NCBI GenBank assembly: GCA_965219415.1
Contig: CBDCNP010000002.1
Location: forward strand, 4,896,001-4,960,000
DNA length: 64,000 bases
Origin: Candidatus Marinacidobacterales bacterium
GTDB lineage: Bacteria > Acidobacteriota > Vicinamibacteria > Marinacidobacterales > DATDRI01
Direction: 5' to 3'
Shown here: one piece after another, positions 31,301 through 41,557 of the stretch
How positions within the stretch are numbered: the stretch's first letter is position 1
Layout: every line of letters starts with the position of its first letter
Translations under genes and position numbers: made by a program
Notes under the pieces: model-generated
Told to the model about the DNA's origin: nothing
Seen by the model: the letters and a program-made list of their open reading frames with translations, nothing else
The model's database searches: none

Positions 31301-33523
31301 GAATCCGTCCTCGGCAGTGATCTCGTCCAGGTCCAGGTAGTCGATGTCCAAAAGGGCACACTGTTCCAAGTTGGGAAGAACAATGCGCCAGCTGCGACGG
31401 AGGTCAGCAAGAGCGCGGAAGAGCAGGTAATCCTGGAGTGCCTCTTCGTATTTTCTCTTGACCGGAGCTAGTTCCGGCTCTGCGTCGCGGTTGCCGTAAT
31501 CGCGGAAGGGCAGTGACAGCGACTTGAAGATCGCCTCGCCTAGTAATGCATAGTCGAGTATGCCGCCTGTTGCAGTCTTGAGCGCTTGCCGAATCCCGGC
31601 GCGCAGGCGAACCACTTGGACGAAGTCATTGAAGTGACCGGCCTGCAGCGCTGCATCTTGCCGATTGTCGGTGAAGCTCAGGAGCTTCTGGTCGCGCGGG
31701 GAATGCCCACCGTCCCGCAGGCGGTTGAGAATCGAAAAGGCCGTGATGGTCGTCGAGGTGCTTCGTCCCTCGTTTCCAAGGCGCGTGAGCTTCGTGCCCT
31801 CGTTCGTCTTGGCGTCATAGAAAACACCTCCTGTGGGATCGAAGAGAAGGGGAGCCTGCATGAACCAGCCCCAGTAGCTCATCGGTTCCGTCTCTGAGCA
31901 GTTTCCGTATTCGTCGAAGTACAACTTCCGAGGGAAGTGCGCGCGCTTCTTCGAGTCCGGCACCTTTTCTCCGCTCGCGCGGGTCCGCACCCAGGCTTCC
32001 GGCAGGTAGTCGAGATCTTCATCCGGATCCCATATCTCGTCACCAATGATCAAGTAGCCGTCTGTGGCGTCTTGATCGTCATCTCCGTGAGCTCGAAACT
32101 CCCGAGGCACCAGATGGCTATCCACCAGAGAGACACAGACAAAGGGATGCCCCGTAGCCCGGCTGAAGACGTTGGCGAAGATCGGCTTTTTGTTGCTGTC
32201 GTCGTGTTTGTAGAGGCCCGGCTCGAGCGTGATGAACCGTTCCTCACCTTGGTCGAGCGTCGTGTAGACCGACCCGGTCTGAGCGATGAACTGATGGAGC
32301 TTGAAGGGCAGGAGCGTATAGCGCGAGCCTCCTTCCTGAATGTGTTGGTTGACGGCACTCACCCATTGGAGGGTCGCCTCAAGAACTAAGCGACAGCGGT
32401 CTTGTGGTGCTCCTGAGTCCTCTGCCAAAGTCGCGACGACATCCATGAACCCCATGGGCTTTCGCCGAGCCAGGCGCCCGTCACGCTTCTCGAGCGCGAC
32501 CCGGTTTTCCAGCCATACCGCAACCGGATGCTTGCGCAGTTCGGTTTCGTTTGCATCGACATCGATTTCGGATGCGATGGCCGCAGAGAGCTCCTGCTTG
32601 GAAGGCTGGGTTCCGGCGACATCGAGTGACCGTGCCAGCGTTTCGTCTACAATCTGGTCCGACTCGAACGGCCGACCGAACACCGTGCTCGCAACGCGCG
32701 CGACCTCAGACCGCTGTGACTCCGCGCTACCCACCGAAACCATGGTTGCGGAGGTGCCAATGCAGCAGACCGATTGCTTGCATTGGGACTGGATACGCCG
32801 GATGAGCATGGAGACATCCGCACCCTGCCTCCCACGATAGGTGTGAAGCTCGTCAAACACGAGGTGCCGGAGATTCTCGAAGATGGCATCGCGAATGGGC
32901 CGCTCCTGGACTCGGGTGAGTAGGAGCTCGAGCATCATGTAGTTGGTGAGGAGGACTTGCGGGGGATTCTCGCGCATCGATTGCCGCTGCTCCTCCTTCT
33001 CCTGGCCGGTGTACTGGCCGAAGGTGATGGGAAAATCGCGCCCTGTGCTCCTCTCGTAGTTGTCCTTATAGGTGTTGAATTCGTTGGTCTGCGAGTTGAT
33101 CAACGCATTCATCGGATAGACGATGACCGCAGCTACTCCCTCAGCTTCCCGATTGGCGAGCAGGTGATTGAAGATTGTGCCGATGTAGGTCAGTGACTTG
33201 CCTGAACCGGTCCCCGAAGTGACGACGAAGTCGCGACCGCGCACGCCCAGTTCGATGGCCTCGCGTTGATGGCGATACAGGGAGTACCTGTCGAAGATGT
33301 GCCGGACCTCATCATGCAGCAATCCTGAGGCGATAACCTTTTCGACGGTGCCAGCCTGTTCGTAGGCGGGATTGAATTGAAGTAGGGGCTGTGGCCAGAG
33401 GCGCCCTTCGGAGAGCGAGTCTTCGACCTTCCGCTTGATCTCTGGATCGGAGATGTTGATGAAGCTCCGAATGTACTGCGCATAGTCATCGACGATCTGC
33501 TTGTGGGTGTCGAAGATTTTCAT
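28346..33523 (-). CDS. YprA/DUF1998-type SF2 helicase with C-terminal DUF559/Vsr-like nuclease
   Basis: 1725 aa; SGTGSGKS, YPMNALINSQ, DELHTYRGRQGAD, FTDNRQDA, PTMELGVDIG, QRSGRAGR, YEAAEGSLG, QPDFYY...VFCDGSPHD. Confidence 0.9.
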   Translation of the reverse strand: MKIFDTHKQIVDDYAQYIRSFINISDPEIKRKVEDSLSEGRLWPQPLLQFNPAYEQAGTVEKVIASGLLHDEVRHIFDRYSLYRHQREAIELGVRGRDFVVTSGTGSGKSLTYIGTIFNHLLANREAEGVAAVIVYPMNALINSQTNEFNTYKDNYERSTGRDFPITFGQYTGQEKEEQRQSMRENPPQVLLTNYMMLELLLTRVQERPIRDAIFENLRHLVFDELHTYRGRQGADVSMLIRRIQSQCKQSVCCIGTSATMVSVGSAESQRSEVARVASTVFGRPFESDQIVDETLARSLDVAGTQPSKQELSAAIASEIDVDANETELRKHPVAVWLENRVALEKRDGRLARRKPMGFMDVVATLAEDSGAPQDRCRLVLEATLQWVSAVNQHIQEGGSRYTLLPFKLHQFIAQTGSVYTTLDQGEERFITLEPGLYKHDDSNKKPIFANVFSRATGHPFVCVSLVDSHLVPREFRAHGDDDQDATDGYLIIGDEIWDPDEDLDYLPEAWVRTRASGEKVPDSKKRAHFPRKLYFDEYGNCSETEPMSYWGWFMQAPLLFDPTGGVFYDAKTNEGTKLTRLGNEGRSTSTTITAFSILNRLRDGGHSPRDQKLLSFTDNRQDAALQAGHFNDFVQVVRLRAGIRQALKTATGGILDYALLGEAIFKSLSLPFRDYGNRDAEPELAPVKRKYEEALQDYLLFRALADLRRSWRIVLPNLEQCALLDIDYLDLDEITAEDGFWADLEIANTLAYPERREFLATVLDYFRLEYAIHSENYLVPSRLKEFEKRFREQLKAPWTLDPDEELAAPSVIRLDPLHRRVRLSNKSMGQASSLGKYIKHVAQQAGVDLNVLRGNHYRNFILRLMRKLKDADYLFEETAKNANNEEVPVFRLRIEKILWKLGDGETVRSDPIKRRSYKDQKPTPNAFFREIYRRDFSESKRLAAGDHTAQLGVATRQDRENRFRADWYLDESRKVLDESRIRSESISALFCSPTMELGVDIGGLSVVHMRNAPPNAANYVQRSGRAGRSGQGALVFTYCSGFSAHDRHYFQDQAELVAGAVQSPRIDLCNRELLVTHLHALAISAIGLPGLEAGDGQQPSLMRLIADGDPAMPLSPGVVEGLEIGPTTFHSIKETFRRVIADFAEELQGTSNAWYTDDWVDQNLSSLAEHLDSAMDRWRKIYQSARALLTRATQPIESGRLKVGSDDYRRYKRQQDQANRQLNLLRNDDHGGSTELSEFYPYRYLAAEGFLPGYNFTRLPLRIFVPTGSTAGEYISRPRSIALREFGPRNVIYHNGRKHRVSQLVIQDAESSLTEAKISKRAGYFLTGDQRDLEVCPFSGLDLSDNANKEHLHDLLEMTESRGEETARITCEEEERISRGYQIESFFHVDGGNFASIRSAVARSGDSHLLNLRFIPAARLVSLNKGWRSQKTDGFPIGMTSGNWRSSMPEPDPDAREEYRIIKLWTSNLADALYIEPIQALGLEPDGVITLQHALKRAIESVFQVEPSEIGVSTIGDPECPNILLYEAAEGSLGILSQFVEDMETFRKVIETAEQVCRFDDDKYKAPASYDDLMSYYNQRDHQRLDRFLIRDALGKLGLADIEIHASPTFKDYEEQYQHMLRHIDPNSSTERAFIEHLYRNGLRLPDAVQKRVPGIYCQPDFYYEPRIWVFCDGSPHDELQVRKRDEEQRQLIIARGDEVWSWQYREDLGAKIAQRPDIFRKVR

Positions 33524-33850
33524 AGCCCTACCTGTTCGGAGCGGAAGGTGTCGGCGATACGGACAATTTTCTCGTCGGGCGGCGTGTTTTCCGCACGAGC
33601 CGGGCTTCTATTCCTACATGCGCGATTCCGACGACGGCATCGTATGTAAGTAATCGTGCGGAAGCCGGGCGACCCGGTCACGGAGATCACAATATGCTCG
33701 AACTCCCAACCAACCTTGGCATCTAGGCGCTAACCTGCAGCCTGCGACGAACACGACTTCTAACTCAACCCCGTGACGGAGCTTACGTAGGAGAGTATAG
33801 CGAAAAAGCTATCCGGGCTGGGAAACGCGGCTGGACGGTGGTGTCGGCTG

Positions 33851-34537
33851 TTGAAACGGATCGCGGCGGAGAAAGCGCGGTTAGTAAAGGCGGGGGAGAG
33901 CAAGAAGGCCGTAGTAGATCCCATTGACCTTAACGACGCGCCGTTTCCGGTTCCACTTAATTGGACTTGGTCAACTGTCGGAGAGCTTATGCACGTCGAG
34001 ATGGGCCAGTCGCCTCCATCTGAACACTATAATCAATCAGGAGACGGCGTACCGTTTTATCAGGGCAAGACAGATTTTGGACCACGCCACCCTTCGCCCA
34101 GATACTGGTGCACCCGACCAAGTAAGCTTGCGCTTTCGGGAGACATTTTGATCTCTGTACGTGCCCCGGTGGGTCCTACAAATCTGACCGAAAAAAAATG
34201 CTGTATTGGCCGTGGTTTAGCTGCCCTGAGACCATACGCTGGCGTGGACACAGACTTTGCCCTCATGTCATTAAGGGCATTCGAGCCGAGCATTGCGGCC
34301 ATGGGATTCGGATCGACATTTGTTGCTATCAACAAGAGGCAATTAGCCCATTTTAGGTTCCCCCTCCCACCACTCGCCGAACAACACCGCATCGTCGCCA
34401 AGGTCGATGAACTGATGGCGCTTTGCGACCGGTTAGAGGCGAACCTCGCCACCGGTGACAACACCCGCTACCGCCTGCTTGACGCCCTCCTACACGAGGT
34501 CCTGTCGCCGGTTGCGGATCAAGAGTCCGTGGCGTAG
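33851..34537 (+). pseudogene. hsdS: Type I restriction specificity subunit, C-terminal half (one TRD)
   Basis: PFPVPLNWTW, MGQSP, GDILISVRAPVG, IGRGL, PLPPLAEQHRIVAKVDELMALCDRLE; no N-terminal TRD and no hsdM or hsdR nearby. Confidence 0.85.
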
Positions 34538-34774
34538 CGGTCCCGCTGAGCGTGTGGGCGTAGAACCGCTTCGCCGCCGTCACGGACATACACGCATCCT
34601 TATCCCGTCCCGCAGCAACATTGCCGACCCACATGGATGTTTGTCAAGCCGGGGATTCTCAGTATGTTCCCGCGCCCAGAGCGCAAGCTTGAGTGTGACG
34701 CAGCCAGGTCGCCACGGCTCTTGAGATCCAGGCTTCCATCTTGGGGCGTTCCGATGGAAACGAGATCCCTTGCC

Positions 34775-34876
34775 ACATCTCAATGGTCCCATTAGCGGAT
34801 TTGGGCACCGCAACTGCCTGACCGCTGAGCACCGGCCGGGCAACCGCTTCGGCGTCGAGGGTGTCGGTCTTGGACG
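34775..34876 (-). pseudogene. IS110-family transposase remnant
   Basis: KTDTLDAEAVAR.VLSGQAVAVPKSANGTIEM. Confidence 0.6.
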
Positions 34877-34989
34877 AGAACGTGCTAGCGCGCCACGCCG
34901 CGGTAGCCCCGGCCCCGATTCTGGACCCCTCGGGTGGCCTCTTTTTGGCGGCCGCCCGGCCCGGCCAGCGCCCGTTCTCCCCTTTAGCG

Positions 34990-35183
34990 CAAACGTGGCA
35001 CTCGAAAATCGCGATTAGAGACGAATACCGAAAATGAGGCCAGTTCAGCCCTTCTAGCGCGTCTCTGGTGACACCTGATCCGACAAAACCGCGCCAACGG
35101 CGCGGAAAATCTCACCCGTCTCTGCAGTGCCACGATTGGCCAGACTGGGTGGCGGATGGTGCAGTTCGGAGCTATCCGGTCTC
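34990..35183. repeat. Non-coding block resembling the end of a serine-recombinase island
   Basis: AGAGAC...GTCTCT and GACTGGGTGGCGGATGGTGCAGTTCGGAGCTATCCGGTCTC; two blocks shared with 8711-8958. Confidence 0.55.
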
Positions 35184-35848
35184 GGTAAAAGGTGTATTGC
35201 GAGTTTTGCAAGTCTAATGTGGCCCTTTCGCCGCGCGTGTGGTGGGGCAATGTAGCGAAAACTCAGAGAAGCCCTGGTGCCTACGTCGTTCTATCCTCTT
35301 GTACTACAGTGATTTAAAGCCATCCGTCACGTGCTGGTCCCCGCACGCCTCATCGACGGGGGGGCGTTCGAGTTTATTTGCGAATTGACATTAAATCCGA
35401 TTTTCTAGACGGCAATCTCAACCTCCTTGACGCCTGAAAGAGGGCCGTGTCGTAAACTCTCCGACGGAGGCTACACTCGTAAGTCATTGTAGTGAAAAGC
35501 TATTACGCCTCATCGATGGACGCGTCGTCGACGGGAACTTCTTTCCGACTATCGCAGTCGTAAGGCTCAAGTGGGGGCAAGTGGAGCTATTCGGCTCTTG
35601 GCAGCAAACAAGCAGTAACGGTGCAAAACAGGTCATAAAAATGCAATTGGAGGGCATTTCGGGGCTGAATCGAGCGTTAATCGCTCAGCTAATGGGAAAA
35701 CGCCGTCGTGTCCAAAAACACAAACGAACTCAAGACCCGCACGCCGCCGATGTCATCATTAGTGAGGGGGGCGATGCCGTTCGCCGACTGATGGAGATCA
35801 AGAGCGAGCGTGGCCGCGGCCGCAGGTTGGCTTACAACGTGACCTGCC

Positions 35849-37463
35849 TCACAGCGTTGCGACGAGGGCACGCTGCTCCTCCCAATCGTCGGGAAGCGGA
35901 TGATGGAGGAGGTAGCTCGAGGTCAGCCCAACGGGCTGACGGCCTTCGACAATGGCACGGACGATGTCGGGAGCCAGGAATGCATAACGGATTGCCTTGC
36001 GCACGCGGTCCGTTGGGATGGCGTCTTCGATGGCAATCTGCTCATAGGTTTTGCCTGCTTTGATTCGGTCGAGCCAGGAGAAGGCGTTGGCGATATTGCG
36101 CAGGAGTGTGCGGTCGACGGATTTCGTGGGGTTGCCCAGAACGAGCTTGGTCTCGACGCCGCGTCGACGCAAGCGGAACGGTGCGTGGATGCGGAGTGCA
36201 TCCTCGCGAATGCGGTCGGGTCCCATAGACAGGCAATCAGCGAACGAATTGTGGTCGAGCAGGATGGACACAGAGCCTGGGCTGATATCGACCCGCCGGA
36301 TGAAACGGAGCAGGCTGGCTGCCGAGGCACTATCATCATTACTACCGGAACACAGCCCGTCTAAAAAGCGACGCACCGAGGCGAGCTCTTGCATCATCGG
36401 AGTGTGGATCAACGAGGCCGAGAAGGTCGTGGCATCCACATGCTGTCGGATGAGATGCACGACGGTCTGTTCCAGCATCGGGGCGGGCAGTCGCCAGCCG
36501 GAGAGGTCCTTTTGGCCACTGTGCTGGATGAGGCGCCGGGAGACGTAGTAGCGGAGCCGTTGCCCGTTTTTCTTTTTGGTGTGGCTCGGCGTCAGCCGGT
36601 CCCCGGTCTCATCGAAGAGCTTGCCTGCCAGTGGGGAACGGGTTGCACGGCCCTTCGTCGTGCGTCTCCTTGGTTTGGCAGCCCCTGCCTGCAGCTGCGT
36701 TTGGACCGCGTCCCAGAGCTCCGGAGCAATGATCGATGGATGCTGGCCCTCGTAGACACGCCTCTGGTGCCGGATGCGGCCGGCGTAGAGAGGATTGGTC
36801 AGCAGGCAGTGGAGGTGTCCGCGACGGAACGGCAGCCCGCCCGTTAGGGTTCCATCCGCGGCGAAGCGTCGCTTGGTGCGCAGTCCCAGACGGTCCGCGT
36901 CGGCCTTCACCTGCCGGAGCGTTCCGTGCTGCCGGTACAGCGCATAGAGAGTCCGGACCGTTTCGGCCTCAGCCTCGTTGATGCGCAGCGTGCGCTCGTC
37001 CTTCTCATAGCCGAGCGGTACGCGGCCGCCCATCCATAGTCCCTTGCGCTTGGAGGCAGCGACCTTATCGCGGATCCGCTCGGCCGTGACCTCGCGTTCG
37101 AATTGTGCGAAGGACAGCAGCATATGCAGCGTCAGTCGTCCCATGCTGGTCGCGGTGTTGAAGGACTGGGTCACCGAGACGAAAACCGCGCCGGCCGCCT
37201 CCAGCTGTTCGACGAGCTTCGCAAAGTCGGAGAGGGAACGGGTCAGCCGGTCGACCTTGTAGACCACCACCTGCTCGACGAGACCGGCATCGATGTCGGC
37301 GAGCAAGCGCTGCAGGCCCGGACGCTCCAGGGTTCCTCCCGAGAGCCCCGCGTCCTCGTAGACAGTTGGCAGCAGCACCCAGTCCTCCGCCTTGTGGCTC
37401 GCGACATATGCGGCGCAGGCCTCCCGCTGTGCATCGAGGGAGTTGAAATCCTGTTCGAGACCC
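35849..37463 (-). pseudogene. Large serine recombinase lacking its N-terminal catalytic motif
   Basis: GLEQDFNSLDAQREAC...YKVDRLTRS...SFAQFERE...GGRVPLGY; the segment with the catalytic Ser is replaced by element C at 37464. Confidence 0.9.
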
Positions 37464-37995
37464 CGTCCTGTGCCAAAACTCGGCCCTTTTGAAATAGGCC
37501 ATAAATCAGCAGCTTAGTGTCTGTGTTTGCGACTGGGCCAAGGCCGTAGGCTTTACAATCGTCTGGCCCGAGGGTGTTATCTTCAGCTCCATGATGACCT
37601 ACCACCACGTGCAATTCCTACTGCTCGTTGTGGCTGGCTGGGTCAACCGCCAGCAGCAGGATGTGATCGACTACCTGCAAGAGGAGAACCGTGTGCTCCG
37701 AGCCGGGCTTCGGGGCAAGCGTCTCAAGCTCTCTGACGACGACCGGCGCAGGCTCGCCGTCAAGGCCCAGGCTTTGGGCCGCGAGGCGCTGGCCCAGATT
37801 GCGTCGGTTGCCACACCCGCTACGCTTCTGCGCTGGTACCGCTGCCTCATCGCAGCTAAGTACGATGGCAGCAAGAACCGGAGCCCAGGCCGACCTCCGA
37901 CGGCGAAGGATATCCGTGAGCTCATTGTACGCGTGGCGCGAGAGAACCCGACGTGGGGATATACGCGCCTGCGGGGCGCACTCAAGAACCTCGGA
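37464..37995 (+). mobile_element. Element C left end and 5' part of its rve transposase
   Basis: CGTCCTGTGCCAAAACTC end; [11 protein letters not shown]...YLQEENRVL...[18 protein letters not shown], truncated. Confidence 0.85.
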
Positions 37996-38175
37996 TGTGT
38001 GCCGGTGATTCGCTTTGTGATGGTGGTGAGGGACGGGTAGGTTTTGCCGTCGAACCGATAGCCGTTGTCGAGTACCTCGACCTGATAGGTCCTGCCATTC
38101 CACTCACGGACAAGATGGGTGCCGGGAGAAACGGACCCTGCGGGAGCTGGGTATTCTGGTGTTCCGTTCACCATG
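37996..38175 (-). pseudogene. DUF2924 protein fragment (usual partner of this recombinase type)
   Basis: PGTHLVREWNGRTYQVEV...[15 protein letters not shown]. Confidence 0.82.
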
Positions 38176-38209
38176 GCGGCCAGAGCGCGTCGGGTTGCGG
38201 CCGAATGCC

Positions 38210-38486
38210 TGTGCCTTCTATTTATTCATCCGCGCGCCCCGAACTTGATCGGTCTCCGGTCTCCCGGGACCATGTCTGCATGATCTCGTCGTTTGTTCGC
38301 GCTCGGCTGTGCCTTCTATTTATTCATCCGCGCCGACCCGAACCTGATCGGTCTCCGATCTGCCGGGACTATGCCTGCATGATTTCGTCGTTTGTTCGCG
38401 CTCGGCCCTGGGCACGGCCGCAAACACAGACTCTAAGTTGCTGATTTATGGGCTATTTCAAAAGGGCTGAGTTTTGGCACAGGACG
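38210..38486. mobile_element. Hybrid B-left/C-left MITE (38308-38486) preceded by a tandem copy of its first 98 bp
   Basis: TGTGCCTTCTATTTATTCATCC at 38210 and 38308; GGCACAGGACG at 38486. Confidence 0.78.
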
Positions 38487-38716
38487 CGGTCGCACGGGTT
38501 GTCGGCCAGGAACTCCATCGCAATGGACGGCACGCACTGGCCGATCTGCGTATTCGCGTTGCCATCCGCGACGAGCGCCACGCGGGCCTGACCTGACCCC
38601 ACGGTTGGTACCACGTTGTATCTCAGTTATTCGGTGCTGACAAGAGCTGGTTGAAGCCGGCGTAGCGGAGCCGGTTTCAACCAAATCGTTTCCGGGGACG
38701 TTAGAATGGCTTCGTT

Positions 38717-39475
38717 ATGTCGAAGCTGTACTTTCGGACTCTATGGGCCGGCGTCGCGTCGCCCTTTGCGGCAGCGGGTCTTGGTCTGTTCGTCTATCGG
38801 AGCCTGACGCGTGCGAGCACCGACAGGGACGCCGACTTCGTCTTCCGTCTCTCCATAGTCGCGATCGCGATGGCCTTGCCGGGCGTCATCACTCTCGTCC
38901 TCGCGCTCGCCGACCACCGCAAAGGAGCCTTCTCAACAGTGAGCAAGGTGGGCCTGATGCTCGGCATTCTGTCGCTCGGTCTCGTGTTCCTTCCGATTCG
39001 AGGCGTCGTCGAGCGCGCTACGCAGGCGCGGAACCTAGCGCTCAGTGACGTCGAGGCGCCGCCTTTCTCGACGGCGGATATCCACGGCAACACGCATCGT
39101 CTCGACGAGCATGGAGGAAAGGTCGTGCTCGTAAACGTTTGGGCGACCTGGTGCCCGCCGTGCCGCAAGGAAATGCCGGACCTCGACAAGCTCTATCAGG
39201 AACGCAAGAAACAGGGATTCATGGTCTTCGGCCTCTCCATAGAGGACCTCGAAACGCAGCTCGACTTCGAAGAAAACGTCCTGTCGGTGAGCTACCCCCT
39301 CCTGACGATCGAGGGGGACGTCCCCGAGATTTATCAGACGACGGCGCGATACCCCGCCAACTACCTAATCGATCGCGAAGGACGGCTGCAACCCGCTCCG
39401 AGCACGGAGCAGCCTTTCGAGAATCTCGTCGTCGCCGTCGACGCGCTCCTGAAGCAGCAGATCAATCGTCGGTAG
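38717..39475 (+). CDS. TlpA-family thiol-disulfide reductase with three N-terminal TM helices
   Basis: GKVVLVNVWATWCPPCRKEMP, P.NYLIDREG. Confidence 0.9.
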   Translation: MSKLYFRTLWAGVASPFAAAGLGLFVYRSLTRASTDRDADFVFRLSIVAIAMALPGVITLVLALADHRKGAFSTVSKVGLMLGILSLGLVFLPIRGVVERATQARNLALSDVEAPPFSTADIHGNTHRLDEHGGKVVLVNVWATWCPPCRKEMPDLDKLYQERKKQGFMVFGLSIEDLETQLDFEENVLSVSYPLLTIEGDVPEIYQTTARYPANYLIDREGRLQPAPSTEQPFENLVVAVDALLKQQINRR

Positions 39476-39482
39476 CGACGGC

Positions 39483-39575
39483 GGTGCTTGCGCTGTTTGC
39501 TGTTGGTGATGTGTACGTATCCCTTTGCAAAAAAAGCGCTTACGCTTCATTTAGCGCGCGGCGAAGGTCGTGAGC
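39483..39575. mobile_element. Partial IS1-type MITE interrupted by element A
   Basis: Near reverse complement of about 42736-42828. Confidence 0.78.
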
Positions 39576-40860
39576 TGTGCATCGTCAAAACTGCTCCGCC
39601 CACGAAATCAAGGACTTACGCTCCGCTTGAATTCCGGGCCGAAGACGGCGAAACTCCGCCGCTATGCTCGACGTTGTTGTTTTCCTCGTCTCACTTGGCG
39701 TCCGTGCCATTCGGGCGATGTGTCGGCGCCGCGCCGACCTGGTGTTGGAGAACGTCGCTTTGCGGCAGCAAGTGACGGCGCTGAAGAAAGAGCGCCCACG
39801 CCCACCGCTCGAAGACACGGAACGGGCTTTCTGGGTTGCTCTTCGAGGTTCGTGGCCCGTGTGGGCGAGCCGCCTGCTCATCGTCCACGCGGACACCGTA
39901 GCCCGTTGGCATCGCGACCGATTCCGACGGTACTGGGCAAAGATCTCGCAGCGCCGCCATCCCGGTCGGCCTCGGATTGATGCCGAGATTCGCCGCCTCG
40001 TCCGCACGATGGCGCAAGACGGCTGGGGGGCGCCACGCATCCATGCTGAGCTCACCAAGCTCGGTTTCATCATCTCCGAGAGCACGGTGTCGCGATACTT
40101 GCCGCAGCGTCCCGCGGAGCCCGACCAGCTGAAGCGATGGATGGCTTTCTTGCGCAACCATAAAGACGATATCGCCGCCATGGATCTGTTCACCGTGCCC
40201 ACCGCTTCGCTCCGGCTGCTGTACGGCTTCTTCGTCATCGAGCACGGTCGCCGGCACATCGTTCACTTCAACGCCACGTTCCACCCGACGTCTGCTTGGG
40301 TTATTCAGCAACTACGCGAGGCGTTTCCCTACGACACCGCTCCGAGATATCTCATCTTCGATCGCGACTTCATCTTTAACGCTGCGGTCATCGAGTTCAT
40401 CAAGGCAACGGGCACAAAACCCGTTCGCACTTCGTTTCGCAGCCCATGGCAAAACGGAACTGCGGAGCGGTGGGTCGGCAGCTGCCGTCGCGAGCTCCTT
40501 GAGCACGTCGTGGTTCTCGGCGCATGTCATCTCATCCGGCTCGTGCGAGCTTACATCAGCTACTATCACGAGGACCGTTGCCACTTGGGGCTGAACAAGG
40601 ACACACCGAGCTTGAGAGCGGTCACGCACCGACCGTCTCCTACGGCGAAAGTCGTCGCACTGCCGCGAGTCGGTGGATTGCACCATCGATACGAGTGGCG
40701 AGAGGCAGCCTGAGTCAGCTTGGTCGCTCGCGTTATTCGGCTGGTCGCCGAGAAGTTCGTCCTCAGCACCTTCCCTCGCGCGCTGACCACGCTCTCCAGC
40801 ATGTGCTCGAGGGCAGTCCGGGCCTAGAGTCCAGTCCCGGACAGATGATGATGATGGACA
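39576..40860 (+). mobile_element. Element A copy 2
   Basis: Same ends as copy 1; no TSD. Confidence 0.9.
39664..40713 (+). CDS. rve DDE transposase, element A
   Basis: 349 aa, near-identical to 9867-10916. Confidence 0.92.
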   Translation: MLDVVVFLVSLGVRAIRAMCRRRADLVLENVALRQQVTALKKERPRPPLEDTERAFWVALRGSWPVWASRLLIVHADTVARWHRDRFRRYWAKISQRRHPGRPRIDAEIRRLVRTMAQDGWGAPRIHAELTKLGFIISESTVSRYLPQRPAEPDQLKRWMAFLRNHKDDIAAMDLFTVPTASLRLLYGFFVIEHGRRHIVHFNATFHPTSAWVIQQLREAFPYDTAPRYLIFDRDFIFNAAVIEFIKATGTKPVRTSFRSPWQNGTAERWVGSCRRELLEHVVVLGACHLIRLVRAYISYYHEDRCHLGLNKDTPSLRAVTHRPSPTAKVVALPRVGGLHHRYEWREAA

Positions 40861-41333
40861 GCATCTGGTTCTCCGGTTTCGGACTCCGCACGCACATGAA
40901 CGACGGAGGGCTCTTAGGCTGGGTTATCAATGATGGATATTCCTAGGAGTTCGGCGCGTTCGATGATACGGACTCCCGCCTCTTGTCGTTCGGCGAGCGT
41001 CCGGAACTCAACGGACAGCCCACGGAGAACTCCGCCCTTGATGTTCACAAGTGCAGCGTCGCCCTCGCGTGTTCGCAATATCTCCGCTTCCATCAAAAGC
41101 GCCTTGGAACTGTTGCGCAATGTCAAACCCGCACCTGTTCGGGCCACGGGTCGAGCGGGGTTATGCTGGATCGTCAACAAGATATCGGTGCTGTCAATAT
41201 CGAAAGCATGAAGCTCAAACTTCTCCTCGCCCCAAGGCAACACGGCGACGACGCCATAGGCCAAAACAACTCCTGAGATGCGGCGCCCGTCTTCTGCCCG
41301 TAGTTCGGTCGCAAACCGCTGCTCAGATTTCAT
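40861..41333 (-). pseudogene. HK97-family phage prohead protease
   Basis: ISGVVLAYG, LLTIQHNP, VARTGAGLTL, LRGLSVEF, ISIIDNPA followed by TAA where Tyr is expected; frame continues EPSVVHVRAE. Confidence 0.78.
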
Positions 41334-41354
41334 CTGGACATCCAGCGCGCTCCA

Positions 41355-41530
41355 GCCCAACATCGTTCCGGACAACAAGCGCAAGCCTCTCGTCGCGAGC
41401 ATCTTCGTGGCGCTCAATGTAATCAGCCACTTCCCAATCCAGCGCCTGCATCAGCATTCGATGGGTACCTTCCCGAGACAGCTCGTCCAACTCCTCGCTC
41501 ACCACCGTGGCTCTTTCTTTCTGGGGAGGT
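41355..41530 (-). pseudogene. IS256-family transposase N-terminal fragment
   Basis: LDELSREGTHRMLMQALDWEVADYIERHEDARDE.LALVVRN. Confidence 0.7.
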
Positions 41531-41557
41531 TCCATCCGCGCCGCAAGCCGTTCGACC

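Noticed and set aside
21994-33489. Numerous plus-strand and alternate-frame ORFs over the helicase/SNF2/MTase genes
   Set aside because: Shadow ORFs of GC-rich coding DNA with no motifs or RBS
35140-35183. tRNA-Ser 3' fragment as an att site
   Set aside because: Only TGGCGGA matches; no T-arm TTCGAA motif
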